DNA from: Thermostichus sp. DRC_bins_24
GTDB lineage: Bacteria; Cyanobacteriota; Cyanobacteriia; Thermostichales; Thermostichaceae
Assembly: GCA_039794845.1 (NCBI GenBank)
Contig: JAUQVK010000033.1
Span: forward strand, 1-46,960
DNA length: 46,960 nucleotides
Reading direction: 5' to 3'
Shown here piece after piece: positions 29,554 through 39,067 of the stretch; positions within the stretch are counted from its first letter, which is position 1, and every line of letters starts with the position of its first letter. The translations under genes were made by a program, and so were the position numbers. The notes below the pieces were generated by a model, which had not been told where the DNA came from, did not search any database, and saw nothing but the letters and a program-made list of their open reading frames with translations.

Positions 29554-29745
29554 ATGCGTTACAGCATCATGTTGCAGTTGGTAACCGGGATCACCTTGAT
29601 CTTGCTGGGATCCGCCGCTGTTTTTGCCTGGATTCAAAACCGTACCGAGCCGATGGAGTTGGGTCAAGTTCCCACCTCGCCGGAACCCAAGCCAGACAAA
29701 CAACCTCACTCATCGACGAGGGATCCCTTGCCCCCACTAGGCTGA
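29554..29745 (+). CDS. Small single-TM hypothetical protein (63 aa)
   Basis: Strong RBS GAGGAGG overlaps the upstream stop. The product is MRYSIMLQLVTGITLILLGSAAVFAWIQ followed by a Pro-rich tail. Confidence 0.6.
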   Translation: MRYSIMLQLVTGITLILLGSAAVFAWIQNRTEPMELGQVPTSPEPKPDKQPHSSTRDPLPPLG

Positions 29746-32520
29746 GTGGGAAGCGCTGGATTGGATCCCTTGCCACACCCGTTCCGGGGTGAGGGGCAGT
29801 TGGCGAAAGCGGAGGCCGGTGGCCTGAAAGACGGCATTGGCAATAGCGGGAGCGGTGCAGTTGGTGGTGATTTCCCCTACCCCCTTGGCTCCGAATGGCC
29901 CGTAGGGATCCGCCTGTTGAATCAGGTGCACTTCCATGGGCGGGACATCCTTGGCGGTGGGGATGCGGTAGTAGCGAAAACCGGGGTTAAGGATCTGGCC
30001 CTGTTCATCCCGGATTAACGCTTCGGAAAGGGCATAGCCAATGCCCATGGCGGTGCCGCCGGTCACTTGCCCATGACAGATGCGCGGGTTGATGGCCCTA
30101 CCCAAGTCAATGGCCTGCACACTCTTGAGCAGCTCAATCTGCCCCGTTTCCAGATCCACCGCCACTTCCACCCCGGCGACGGCAAAGGTCAGGGAAGATT
30201 CATCGGCGGCATGGTGCAGTTCCACTTCAATCGGCTCCGCTGTGGCTTGGGCCAACTCCTGTAGGCTCAGGGATCCCTGGGGGGCGGAAAAACGCCCCCA
30301 AGTAAAAGCCACTTCACTGGGATCCGTCTGTAACCTTTGGGCCGCCGCGTGGATCAGTTTGTCCCGCAGGGCTTGGGCGGCGCGGCGGCTGGCTTGGCCA
30401 GAAATAAATAGGGTGGCGGAGGCGTAGGATCCGGCATCGAAGGGGGTTTGCCCCGTATCGGCGGCGATCAGGTCAATCTGATCCAAGGGGATCCCCAGCA
30501 CCTGGGCGGCAATTTGGCGCAAGGTGGTATCCGATCCGGTACCCACATCCACGGCGCCGCTGCGCATCAGGATCCGGCCCGTTGGCTGCAGACTTAGCTT
30601 CATGCCAGCAATGTGAATCTTGGAAAGGCCACTCCCCTGCATGGAAATGGCGATACCCCGTCCAAACCGACGGGATCCCTCGGGGGCGGGTAGGGGGGTG
30701 GCAAAGGCGGTTTGGATCTTCTCAAAACAATCCTTGAGGCCGTAGCTGCCGATCAAGTTGAAATGGGAATCTTTCAGGTCGGCATCCGGTTGTTCTCGGT
30801 ACCCCAAGCTGAGGGGATCCCCCGGTTGAATGACATTTTTGAGGCGCAACTGGATCGGATCCAACCCCAACTTGTGGGCGATCTCATCCATCTGGGATTC
30901 CATGGCAAAGGTACCCTGGGTGGCCCCATAGCCCCGAAAGGCTCCCCCCGGCATGGAGTTGGTATAGACGGCAAAGCCTTCAAAGCGTTTGTGGGGGCAG
31001 CGGTACAGCCCTAAGGGTACATAGCCTGCCAAAAACACCACCGTCTGGCTGTGGTTGCCATAGGCGCCGGCATTGCCGTAGGCGGTGATCTCCTGGGCCG
31101 TCAGGGTTCCATCCGCTTTCACACCGGTTTTGACGCGGATTTGCATGGCATGGCGGCTGTTGGTGGCGGTGAATTCCTCCTGTCGGGTGAGTTCCCATTG
31201 CACGGGACGTCCGGTTTTCAGGGTGGCCAGGGCACAGAGGGGTTCCGTGAGAATTTCTTGCTTGTTGCCGAAGCCCCCGCCAATTTTGCCCTTGATCACT
31301 CGGATCCGATCGCGGGGGATCCCGAAAATCTCGGAAAGTACCCGCTGGCAATGAAAGGGAACTTGGGTGCTGGAGCGCACCACCAAGCTGCCATCTTCTT
31401 CCAGCCAACTGGTGCTGACATGGGGTTCCAAATGGGCGTGCTGCACGGCGGGCAGATGATAGGTGTTCTCCAGGATCAGATCCGCCTCGGCAAACCCCTG
31501 CTCCGGATCCCCGGTTTGCAAGCAGACATATCCAGCCAAGTTACGGCTGGCATTGTAAATTTGTCGGGCTTCTGGCTCATCGTGAATGGTAGGGGATCCC
31601 GTCTTCATGGCCTCTAGGGGATCCAGCACATGGGGCAGAATCTCATACTCCACCTGAATGAGCTGACAGGCTTGCTCGGCAATGGCCACCGACTCCGCCA
31701 CCACTGCCGCTACCCCATCCCCGACAAAGCGCACCTTTTCATCCAAGACAAAGCGATCCAAAGGATCCGGCACCGGCTCCGAGTGCCCCGCTGTACTGTA
31801 AATACGTCGCGGCACCTCCTGATGGGTGAAGATCGCCACTACCCCCGGCAAGGCCGCAGCCGCTGCGGTGTGGATCGCCTGAATGCGGGCATGGGCATGG
31901 GGGGAACGCAAGAGGCGCAAATGCAGTAGCCCTGGAGGGGTGAAGTCGCCGGTGTAGGCTGCTTGACCGGATACGATCTCCGGGCCGTCTTGCTTGGGAA
32001 GGTTGCGCCCCACACTTTGAGGGCCTTGACCGGATCCCGGCTCATCCTCCAGAACCCATTCGGGAATCTCGGCAGGGATCCCTTGAATGCTCTCCAGAAT
32101 GGCTTGATAGCCCGTGCAACGACAAAGATTCCCCCGCAGCCGCTCCCGCAATTCTGCTTCGGAAGGGATCCCCTCTTCACAAAGCTTGCGGGCACTGAGG
32201 ATCATCCCCGGCGTGCAAAAGCCGCACTGAAACCCTTGCCCCTGCAAAAACCGGGCCTGCATCGGATCCCATTCCCCCTCCTTGGCCAGCCCTTCGATGG
32301 TGGTGATGGCCTGCCCCTGCAAACGCACCGCCGGATAGAGGCAACTGTGGATGGGATCCCCGTCGAGCAGCACCGTGCAAGCGCCACAATCTCCCGACTC
32401 ACAGGCGCGGTGTACCCCCACCCACCCCAGCCGCCGCAACAGGCTGAGCAAACTGGTTCCGGGCCAAACCGATTCACCGTAGGACTGACCATTAACCTGA
32501 AACTGAATGGGGACAAGCAT
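29737..32520 (-). CDS. Xanthine dehydrogenase/aldehyde oxidoreductase-family protein, fused 2x[2Fe-2S] and molybdopterin domains
   Basis: CESGDCGAC...C, QCGFCTPG, GNLCRCTGY, GGGFGNK, AFRGYG and GAKGVGE (catalytic Glu). ATG at 32520. Confidence 0.92.
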   Translation of the reverse strand: MLVPIQFQVNGQSYGESVWPGTSLLSLLRRLGWVGVHRACESGDCGACTVLLDGDPIHSCLYPAVRLQGQAITTIEGLAKEGEWDPMQARFLQGQGFQCGFCTPGMILSARKLCEEGIPSEAELRERLRGNLCRCTGYQAILESIQGIPAEIPEWVLEDEPGSGQGPQSVGRNLPKQDGPEIVSGQAAYTGDFTPPGLLHLRLLRSPHAHARIQAIHTAAAAALPGVVAIFTHQEVPRRIYSTAGHSEPVPDPLDRFVLDEKVRFVGDGVAAVVAESVAIAEQACQLIQVEYEILPHVLDPLEAMKTGSPTIHDEPEARQIYNASRNLAGYVCLQTGDPEQGFAEADLILENTYHLPAVQHAHLEPHVSTSWLEEDGSLVVRSSTQVPFHCQRVLSEIFGIPRDRIRVIKGKIGGGFGNKQEILTEPLCALATLKTGRPVQWELTRQEEFTATNSRHAMQIRVKTGVKADGTLTAQEITAYGNAGAYGNHSQTVVFLAGYVPLGLYRCPHKRFEGFAVYTNSMPGGAFRGYGATQGTFAMESQMDEIAHKLGLDPIQLRLKNVIQPGDPLSLGYREQPDADLKDSHFNLIGSYGLKDCFEKIQTAFATPLPAPEGSRRFGRGIAISMQGSGLSKIHIAGMKLSLQPTGRILMRSGAVDVGTGSDTTLRQIAAQVLGIPLDQIDLIAADTGQTPFDAGSYASATLFISGQASRRAAQALRDKLIHAAAQRLQTDPSEVAFTWGRFSAPQGSLSLQELAQATAEPIEVELHHAADESSLTFAVAGVEVAVDLETGQIELLKSVQAIDLGRAINPRICHGQVTGGTAMGIGYALSEALIRDEQGQILNPGFRYYRIPTAKDVPPMEVHLIQQADPYGPFGAKGVGEITTNCTAPAIANAVFQATGLRFRQLPLTPERVWQGIQSSASHSA

Positions 32521-32903
32521 ACCGGCAAAGGGAAAGCAACTGAATGTAGCCAAAGCCTAGGATCATTTCCAAAAGATAGCTGTTTTTGCTGAACATCCTC
32601 ACCCCAGAGCATCCCCAAAGGGTGTGGAAATCCTCTCTGCTGGGGATCGGTTTCTACCCAGCGGAGCCATTGCCATTTTTTTATAGTCAAAGGTGGAATG
32701 CTCAACCAGGGTAAATCTTAAATTAAATCTCTCGGTTGTCTGTTTTTCTCGATTAGCTATCAGCATTAAGGGCCAACAGGAGTAAGTTAAATCCGGTTGA
32801 GCGTTTCCGTTGATCATCTCCCAAGTGAGTGATCCCATTTTTTGCGTCAAAACTGAGTCTATTAGCCACCACTAACCACTACCCATCTCTGAGGAAGGTC
32901 ATC

Positions 32904-33386
32904 ATGCCCGAACTGCGTTTTAACCCTATTTTGGAGATCGGATCCCTGCAGCGGGAGTTGAACCGAATGTTGGATCTGCCGGTTCGAGGATCCCTGCGCG
33001 AATCCCATCCTTCTCACTTTTCCCCTGCCCTACAAGTTTGGGAAACCTCCGAAAATTACACCGTTCAGTTGCTGATCCCTTCTGCCGACCGCAATAGCCT
33101 GGATATTGAGGCCACCCCCCATCAACTGGGGATTAAAGGGGAGATGAAACTGCCCACCCTCCAGGGAGAGCTGCGCTACCAAGAGATCCAGCCCGGCTCC
33201 TTCCAACGGATCATTAAGTTGCAGCGACGGATCCAGCCGGAAGCCGTGACCGCTCACTATACCGATGGACTCTTGACCATCACCCTGCCCAAGGCGGAAA
33301 CGGCTCGCGTGGTGAAGGTACAGGTGGGTACCACTGGGGAAACTCCAGAAGCGACAGCGGTGTCTGTCGAAGGTCAGTCTGCCTGA
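32904..33386 (+). CDS. Hsp20/alpha-crystallin small heat shock protein
   Basis: LQRELNRM, PAL.V.ET, GSFQRII.L and A.YTDGLLTITLPK. RBS GAGGAAGG, ATG at 32904. Confidence 0.9.
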   Translation: MPELRFNPILEIGSLQRELNRMLDLPVRGSLRESHPSHFSPALQVWETSENYTVQLLIPSADRNSLDIEATPHQLGIKGEMKLPTLQGELRYQEIQPGSFQRIIKLQRRIQPEAVTAHYTDGLLTITLPKAETARVVKVQVGTTGETPEATAVSVEGQSA

Positions 33387-33404
33387 TGAGTTAAGGAAGC
33401 CGGC

Positions 33405-34184
33405 TTACACCCATTCCACTCGGATCTCATCCCCCACTTTCAGCCCCAAAGCCCGGCTGGCATTGCCCCGGTTCATGGCGATTTCCACCCACCCGGAGCT
33501 ACCCACCAGGGCGATCAGCTCTCCGGCGGCAGCTTCGGCAAAGGTATGACCGGATGGGATCCGGATCCCTTGGAGGATCACCCTCCAGGAACGCCCCTCC
33601 AGAACCTGCCCGGGTAGGGTACTGATGCCGTTGCCGAAGTGATCGATGGCCTGAATCACCCCGCGCCATCCGTTCGTCAGCTGCTCCGGTTCTGGCCAAT
33701 CCAGCTTGATCAGTTCCGCTGGGTTGAGGGGATCCCCCAGTTCCCGTAGGGGGATCCCGTTGGCCAAGTGGGCAGCAGCGGGGGCAAAAATATCCCGCCC
33801 GTGAAAGGTGCGGCTGGGGTTGCGGCTACGCCAGTAGGTGGGGTTGTTGAGTTCTACAGCGGCCAAAACCGCAGATTGGGACAAAATGCCGCTGAATAAG
33901 CCATTGTCAGGGCCGACCAGATAGCCGGTTGGAAGTTGCAGGGCAATGCCACGCCGAGCCCCCCCCACCCCCGGATCCACCACCGCCAGTTGAATGGTTC
34001 CTGGCGGTAGGTAAGGGTGGGCGGTCATCAGGGCAAAGCGAGCTGCCGCCACATCTTGAGGTGGGATCCCGTGGGTGAGGTCCATCAGCCGAGCCTGAGG
34101 GGCAATGGAGAAGATCACCCCTTTCATGATGCCGACATAGGGATCCCGAAGGCCAAAATCCGTCAGTAGGCTAATCCAGGCCAT
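33405..34184 (-). CDS. SAM hydroxide adenosyltransferase (DUF62; chlorinase/fluorinase superfamily)
   Basis: LLTDFG..D.YVG.MKGV, VVDPGVG..RR, VGPDNG, TFHGRDIFAP and IDHFGN. Confidence 0.9.
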   Translation of the reverse strand: MAWISLLTDFGLRDPYVGIMKGVIFSIAPQARLMDLTHGIPPQDVAAARFALMTAHPYLPPGTIQLAVVDPGVGGARRGIALQLPTGYLVGPDNGLFSGILSQSAVLAAVELNNPTYWRSRNPSRTFHGRDIFAPAAAHLANGIPLRELGDPLNPAELIKLDWPEPEQLTNGWRGVIQAIDHFGNGISTLPGQVLEGRSWRVILQGIRIPSGHTFAEAAAGELIALVGSSGWVEIAMNRGNASRALGLKVGDEIRVEWV

Positions 34185-34214
34185 CCTTTACAGGTTGAGA
34201 TCTGCCCAGACCCG

Positions 34215-36323
34215 CTAACGAGAGACCAGAACCGGTTCAGGCCGCTTGTACACCTGCCCCAAACGGGCCAACTGCTGCACCAGCAAGCTCAGGAACAGGC
34301 CCACATCCGTAACGATCCCCACCGATTCCAGGGATCCGCGATCCGCCAGTTTGGTTACCACCGCCGGGTTGATATCCACGCAGATCAGCTTCACCCCCGC
34401 CGGGGTCATATTGCCCGCCCCAATCGAGTGCAACATGCTGGAGAGCATCAACACCATATCCGCCCCCTGGATCAGGCGGGCATAATCCTGTTGGGCCTTC
34501 ACCAGGTCCATTTCCGTATCCGGCAGCGGCCCATCATCCCGAATCGACCCGGCCAAAGAAAAGGGCACCCGGGCGCGAATGCACTCGTAAAAGACCCCCG
34601 CCGTAATTGCCCCTGCTTCCACCGCCGCCTGGATGCTGCCGTACTTGCGGATCAGGTTAATGGTTTTCAGGTGATGCTTGTGGCCCCCCTTAACGGCATT
34701 GCCCCGCACCAGATCTACCCCCAGCGAGGTGCCGTAAAGGTTCTGTTCGAGATCATGCACGGCAATGGCGTTGCCCCCCAAAAGGGCCTGCACATAGCCC
34801 TCCCGGATTAGGCTGGCCAAATGGGATCCCCCACCTGTATGGATGACCACCGGCCCAGCCACCACCACGGTTTTGCCGCCCCGCTCCTTGATCTGCCGCA
34901 GTTCCCAGGCGATCTGTTCCACCAGGATCTCCACCCGCCGCTCGCTGGAGACCCCGGATCCCATAAAGGTAAATTCCTGGGATCCCCGTTCTTTGCTGGC
35001 CTGGCGCAGGGTGCGGATCCCTTCCACCCCCGAAACCACCGCATCCCCCACCTGCAAATCCCGAATTAGGGTGCAATAGGCTTCGGATCCCCTCACCACG
35101 ATCACCCCATCCATCCGCTGTCGCTGCACCGGGATCCACTGGCCCGCCACCCGCACCTGAGTGGGATAAATGGTGGTGACATAAAAGTCATCCGGGGCCA
35201 CCCCGGCCTTTTGCACCCGTTCTAGGCGCGCATCCTGATGGGTTTGCTCCGGCAATTGCGCTCCCCGCTCGATCAGGGCGCTGAGGATGGTATCGAGCGT
35301 TTCCTCGGTAGGGGCAGAGACCGATAACTCCACCGTCGAGGTGCTTTGCCGGGTTTCCCCCAACTGAAACTTGAGGATCTGGAAGCTGCCGCCGTTGTCC
35401 ACAATGCAATCGATGGCGTTGGTGAGCAGGGCGCTATCCACCAAATGCCCCTGCAAAGTCACCGTTCGGCTCAACACTGTAGCCACCGGATCCGTTTGGG
35501 GAGCTACGGCTTCGTTGAGGCGCAGGGTTAAACACTTGGCCGCTCCCCCCGCCTTCAGAAACTCCGTCAGCTCCGTCTGCACCACCGAGAAGCCGCGCTC
35601 CTGTAGAGTGGCCTCCAGCTCAGGGCTGACCCGGTTCACCAGGATCGTGCCGTTCACATCCACGGCATTGCAGGCAAAGTGAATCGCATCTGCTTCTTGA
35701 ATCGGGATCCGCTTCTCTGGGGGTACCCGCATTTCGATCAGGCGATTGGAATAGGCATCAAAAGCCGCCGGATAGTAGAGCAAATACCCCTCTGAAAGGG
35801 GACAAAAGCAGGTATCCAGGTGGTAAAAGCGCTCATCCACCAGCCGCAGGGACAGCACCTCAATCTCCAGCCACTTGGCCAGGTAGGGGTGAGATTCCAG
35901 CATGGAGCGGAAGCCATAGCCCGCCCACAGCCAACGCCCCGCCCGATCCAACAGGGCATCTCCCGCCCCTTCAAAGGCCAGAGCCGGCGGCAATTCATAG
36001 ACCGTGTAGCCCCGACCCTCGAACCAAGCCTTGAAATGGGGTTGTTCCCCCTGCCGTTCGGGGTGATAAAAACGGCTTAGCACCACCGTCGATCCGAGAA
36101 TTAAGCCGGCATTGGCGGTAAAAACCATATCCGGCCACCCCTGCACGGGATCCACCAGATGCACCTGCGCCCGTTGGCAGAGCTGCTGGTACAGGGCTTG
36201 CCACTGCTGCACCGCTCGTTCCCGCGAAGACCGATGCACATTCCCCACCATCCAGGGGTTGATCACATAGTCCACCTCATAATGATCGGGTGGGCACATC
36301 AAATACTGAATTGGGCTCGACAT
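34215..36323 (-). CDS. argZ: Bifunctional arginine dihydrolase/ornithine cyclodeaminase (ArgZ/AgrE)
   Basis: Amidinotransferase N-terminus (YVINPWM, DMVFTAN, FEGAGD, YHLDT, GGAAKCLTL), a GHLVDS middle domain, and C-terminal GPVVIHTG, GNAIAVHD and GSIRDDGPLP. Confidence 0.92.
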   Translation of the reverse strand: MSSPIQYLMCPPDHYEVDYVINPWMVGNVHRSSRERAVQQWQALYQQLCQRAQVHLVDPVQGWPDMVFTANAGLILGSTVVLSRFYHPERQGEQPHFKAWFEGRGYTVYELPPALAFEGAGDALLDRAGRWLWAGYGFRSMLESHPYLAKWLEIEVLSLRLVDERFYHLDTCFCPLSEGYLLYYPAAFDAYSNRLIEMRVPPEKRIPIQEADAIHFACNAVDVNGTILVNRVSPELEATLQERGFSVVQTELTEFLKAGGAAKCLTLRLNEAVAPQTDPVATVLSRTVTLQGHLVDSALLTNAIDCIVDNGGSFQILKFQLGETRQSTSTVELSVSAPTEETLDTILSALIERGAQLPEQTHQDARLERVQKAGVAPDDFYVTTIYPTQVRVAGQWIPVQRQRMDGVIVVRGSEAYCTLIRDLQVGDAVVSGVEGIRTLRQASKERGSQEFTFMGSGVSSERRVEILVEQIAWELRQIKERGGKTVVVAGPVVIHTGGGSHLASLIREGYVQALLGGNAIAVHDLEQNLYGTSLGVDLVRGNAVKGGHKHHLKTINLIRKYGSIQAAVEAGAITAGVFYECIRARVPFSLAGSIRDDGPLPDTEMDLVKAQQDYARLIQGADMVLMLSSMLHSIGAGNMTPAGVKLICVDINPAVVTKLADRGSLESVGIVTDVGLFLSLLVQQLARLGQVYKRPEPVLVSR

Positions 36324-36394
36324 AAGACTCAACTGGGGATCCGCAGCAGGGCATCCCCTAGATTAGCAGTTGCTGTGAACAGCGTCCTTAGGGG

Positions 36395-37147
36395 TTACTT
36401 GAGGGATTCCTTCGCCAGCTCGGGCTCCAGTTGGCCGGGATCGGCAATGTTGGGCAACTCCAGACAGTAGCCCGCCCCATAAACGGTCTTGATGTATTGC
36501 GGGTGGCGCGGATCCGGCTCCAGCTTGGTGCGCAGGTGGCGGATGTGGACGCGAATGGTTTCGATGTCGTCATCGGGCTCGTAACCCCACACTTCCTGCA
36601 GAATCTCGCTGGGGGAAACCGTCTGCCCGTGGCGCTGCATCAGGCAGTGGAGCAGGTCAAATTCCAGGTGGGTGAGCTTGATGGTTTTGCCAAACCACAA
36701 CACCTCAAAGCGCTCCGGCACCAGGGTGAGCGGCCCGTAGCTGAGGATTTCGCTGTGCTTGGCCGTCTGGGGGATCCGATCGGAACGGCGCAGAAGGGCC
36801 CGTACCCGCACCAAGAGCTCCTGTACCTCGAAGGGCTTGGTCAGGTAGTCATCGGCGCCGGCGTTAAAGCCCTCGATCTTGTCTTGGGTTTGCCCGAGGG
36901 CGGTGAGCATGAGAATGGGAATCTCGCTGGTGCGTTCTTCCCGACGCAACCGCTGACAGATGGTCAGGCCATCCACTTGGGGGAGCATCAGGTCGAGGAT
37001 GATCAGGTCGGGGATGACTTGCAGAGCCATCGCTTGTCCGCGTACCCCATCGCTGGCCTTCACCACTTCGTAGCCCGCCAACTCCAGGTTGATGCGCAGG
37101 ATATCCAGAATAGAAGGATCATCTTCAATGACGAGTATGCGAGCCAT
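36395..37147 (-). CDS. rpaA: OmpR-family response regulator RpaA (circadian output)
   Basis: Diagnostic [26 protein letters not shown]...KLTHLEF.LLHCL.QRHGQTV and [39 protein letters not shown]. Confidence 0.93.
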   Translation of the reverse strand: MARILVIEDDPSILDILRINLELAGYEVVKASDGVRGQAMALQVIPDLIILDLMLPQVDGLTICQRLRREERTSEIPILMLTALGQTQDKIEGFNAGADDYLTKPFEVQELLVRVRALLRRSDRIPQTAKHSEILSYGPLTLVPERFEVLWFGKTIKLTHLEFDLLHCLMQRHGQTVSPSEILQEVWGYEPDDDIETIRVHIRHLRTKLEPDPRHPQYIKTVYGAGYCLELPNIADPGQLEPELAKESLK

Positions 37148-37500
37148 AGGTCAGAGTGCAGCCCGAACTGCAGATAAAGCGTTTTATTAAATATCCTGAC
37201 AAGGAGTCCAAAGCTTTACGACTCAAAGTTTACTTAATTTTACCCCCATTGCAAATCTCCCGCGAAAAGGACCCGGATCTGAGAAGTTTTTGTGATGCCC
37301 TATACCGGGATTTTCCTTTTCCCGAACCGGTTGTGGTGGCAGGGGCACCGCCTTTCTCACGGTCTTGCAGATGGGCTTGCTTCTGCCCCGAGCGCCCTGA
37401 CGCGGGCCTGGGCTTGGTTAAGATTTAAGATTAAGATCGTCTTGAGCAGGGATCCCAAGCGGGGGCCTGTCCGGGTCGTTTGCAGTTGCGAGGTTTGCCT

Positions 37501-37935
37501 ATGGCTGCCCCAAGCCAAGTGAAAGCCTATGTGGCCTGTTGGTTACAGTTGGGCAAGGGGGTGGTATGCGAACATCCGGGCGGCAGCGAGCGCATTCAAC
37601 CCCGGTCTGTGCTTGGCTTGGGATCCCTTAGCCAAGAGTTTCAGCACAGTTGGCAGTGCATGAGCGCGGATCCCTGGCGGTGCTACCTGGAGGGCACCCA
37701 TGAGTCTTTGGGTCAGTTGCTTAGCCCCGCGTGGGAGATTGGCTCCTGTGGTCGTTGCGGCTTGCCGGTGCCTCTACCGGCTACCACAGCTACCGCCATC
37801 GGGCCTTGTCCCTGCTCTGACCTCAAGGTTTGGCCAAACTCGGCCACCCTGCCCCCGCGGGTACACAATGAGCAGTTTGTCGAGGTGGCCGGGCTGGCTC
37901 CCCTACAGCAGCGGCTTGCTGCCCAGGACCTCTAA
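37501..37935 (+). CDS. Conserved cyanobacterial hypothetical protein with Cys cluster
   Basis: MA...QVK.Y.A.W.QLGK.V, YLEGT..SL..LLSP.WEI..C.RC.LP, CPC.DL..WPN...P.PR. Confidence 0.75.
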   Translation: MAAPSQVKAYVACWLQLGKGVVCEHPGGSERIQPRSVLGLGSLSQEFQHSWQCMSADPWRCYLEGTHESLGQLLSPAWEIGSCGRCGLPVPLPATTATAIGPCPCSDLKVWPNSATLPPRVHNEQFVEVAGLAPLQQRLAAQDL

Positions 37936-39057
37936 CCCCTGGGCCAAATCTGCGATCAGATCCTCGGGGTGCTCCAAACCCACCGAAACCCGCAGTAAAT
38001 TCTCTGGAGTCCCAGAATCAGGGCCTTCAACCGAAGCCCGATGTTCGATCAAGCTCTCTGGCCCCCCCAAACTGGTGGCATGGGTAAACAGCTTTAACCG
38101 AGCGGCCACCTGCACCGCCTCGGGGCGACCCCCGCACACCTGAAAAGACAACATTCCCCCGAAGGCTTTCATCTGGGTTTGGGCGAGGGCATGGGCAGGA
38201 TGAGCGGGCAACCCCGGATAGTGAACCGCCTCAACAGCGGGGTGAGACTGCAAGAAGTGCGCCAACTTCAGGGCGTTTTGGCAATGGCCCCCCATGCGAT
38301 AGGGCAGGGTTTGCAGGCCGCGAAGGGTCAACCAGCACTCGAAGGGGGAAGGTACGGCTCCACCGTTGCTTTGGATCTGGCGCAGGGTTTGCCAGCTGGG
38401 ATCCGACTCTGGATCGGGTGCAGCCGTGATCACCACCCCACCCAACACATCGCTGTGGCCGTTCAGATATTTGGTGGTGGAGTGAACCACCCAGTCGGCT
38501 CCCAACTCCAGCGGACGCTGTAACAAAGGGGTGGCCCAGGTGTTGTCGCACACACAACGGGCCCCGTGACGATGGGCCAACTCGGCGATGGCGGCAATAT
38601 CCGTCACTTTTAGCATCGGGTTGGAGGGGGTTTCGATCCACACCAGGCGCGTAGGGGGGCGCAAGGCGGCTGTCACCTGGTGCAGATCCGTCATATCCAC
38701 CCGCTCCACCCGTAATCCCCAACGGGCCAGGATCCCCTGGGCGATTTTGAAGGTGCCATAGTAAACATCTTTGGGCAGCAACACCTGATCGCCAGTGGTC
38801 AAGGTTTGCAAGACGGCCAAAGTTGCCGCTGAGCCAGAAGCAAAGGCAGCTGCTGCGGATCCCCCCTCCAAAGACGCCAAACACTGCTCCAGAGCCACCC
38901 GATTGGGGTTGCCTTCTCGGGTGTAGAGGTAGTCGGGCCGGGGGGCCGACAAGGGATCCCGCCAGAAAGTGGTGGAGAGGTGAATCGGGGGGATCACCGC
39001 GCCGCTGCTGGGGTCGATGCCTCTGCCGGCGTGAATGGCCAGGGTTTCAAAATGCAT
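37903..39057 (-). CDS. Cys/Met metabolism PLP enzyme (cystathionine gamma-synthase/lyase family)
   Basis: ETLAIHAG, PPIHLSTTF, YTR.GNP, ETPSNP, DNTWATP, HSTTKYLNGHSD and SLGGPESL. ATG at 39057. Confidence 0.92.
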   Translation of the reverse strand: MHFETLAIHAGRGIDPSSGAVIPPIHLSTTFWRDPLSAPRPDYLYTREGNPNRVALEQCLASLEGGSAAAAFASGSAATLAVLQTLTTGDQVLLPKDVYYGTFKIAQGILARWGLRVERVDMTDLHQVTAALRPPTRLVWIETPSNPMLKVTDIAAIAELAHRHGARCVCDNTWATPLLQRPLELGADWVVHSTTKYLNGHSDVLGGVVITAAPDPESDPSWQTLRQIQSNGGAVPSPFECWLTLRGLQTLPYRMGGHCQNALKLAHFLQSHPAVEAVHYPGLPAHPAHALAQTQMKAFGGMLSFQVCGGRPEAVQVAARLKLFTHATSLGGPESLIEHRASVEGPDSGTPENLLRVSVGLEHPEDLIADLAQGLEVLGSKPLL

Positions 39058-39067
39058 GGGAATTGCT

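Noticed and set aside
32590..32680. Purine/xanthine or Moco riboswitch upstream of the Mo enzyme
   Set aside because: Stems can be drawn (GCTGGG/CCCAGC), but I could not match the conserved core nucleotides of any known class.
32700..32903. CIRCE operator upstream of Hsp20
   Set aside because: No TTAGCACTC-N9-GAGTGCTAA match.
33405..34184. Fluorinase/chlorinase (halogenase)
   Set aside because: It carries the Asp/Arg/His motifs of the common DUF62 SAM hydrolases and has no secondary-metabolite context.
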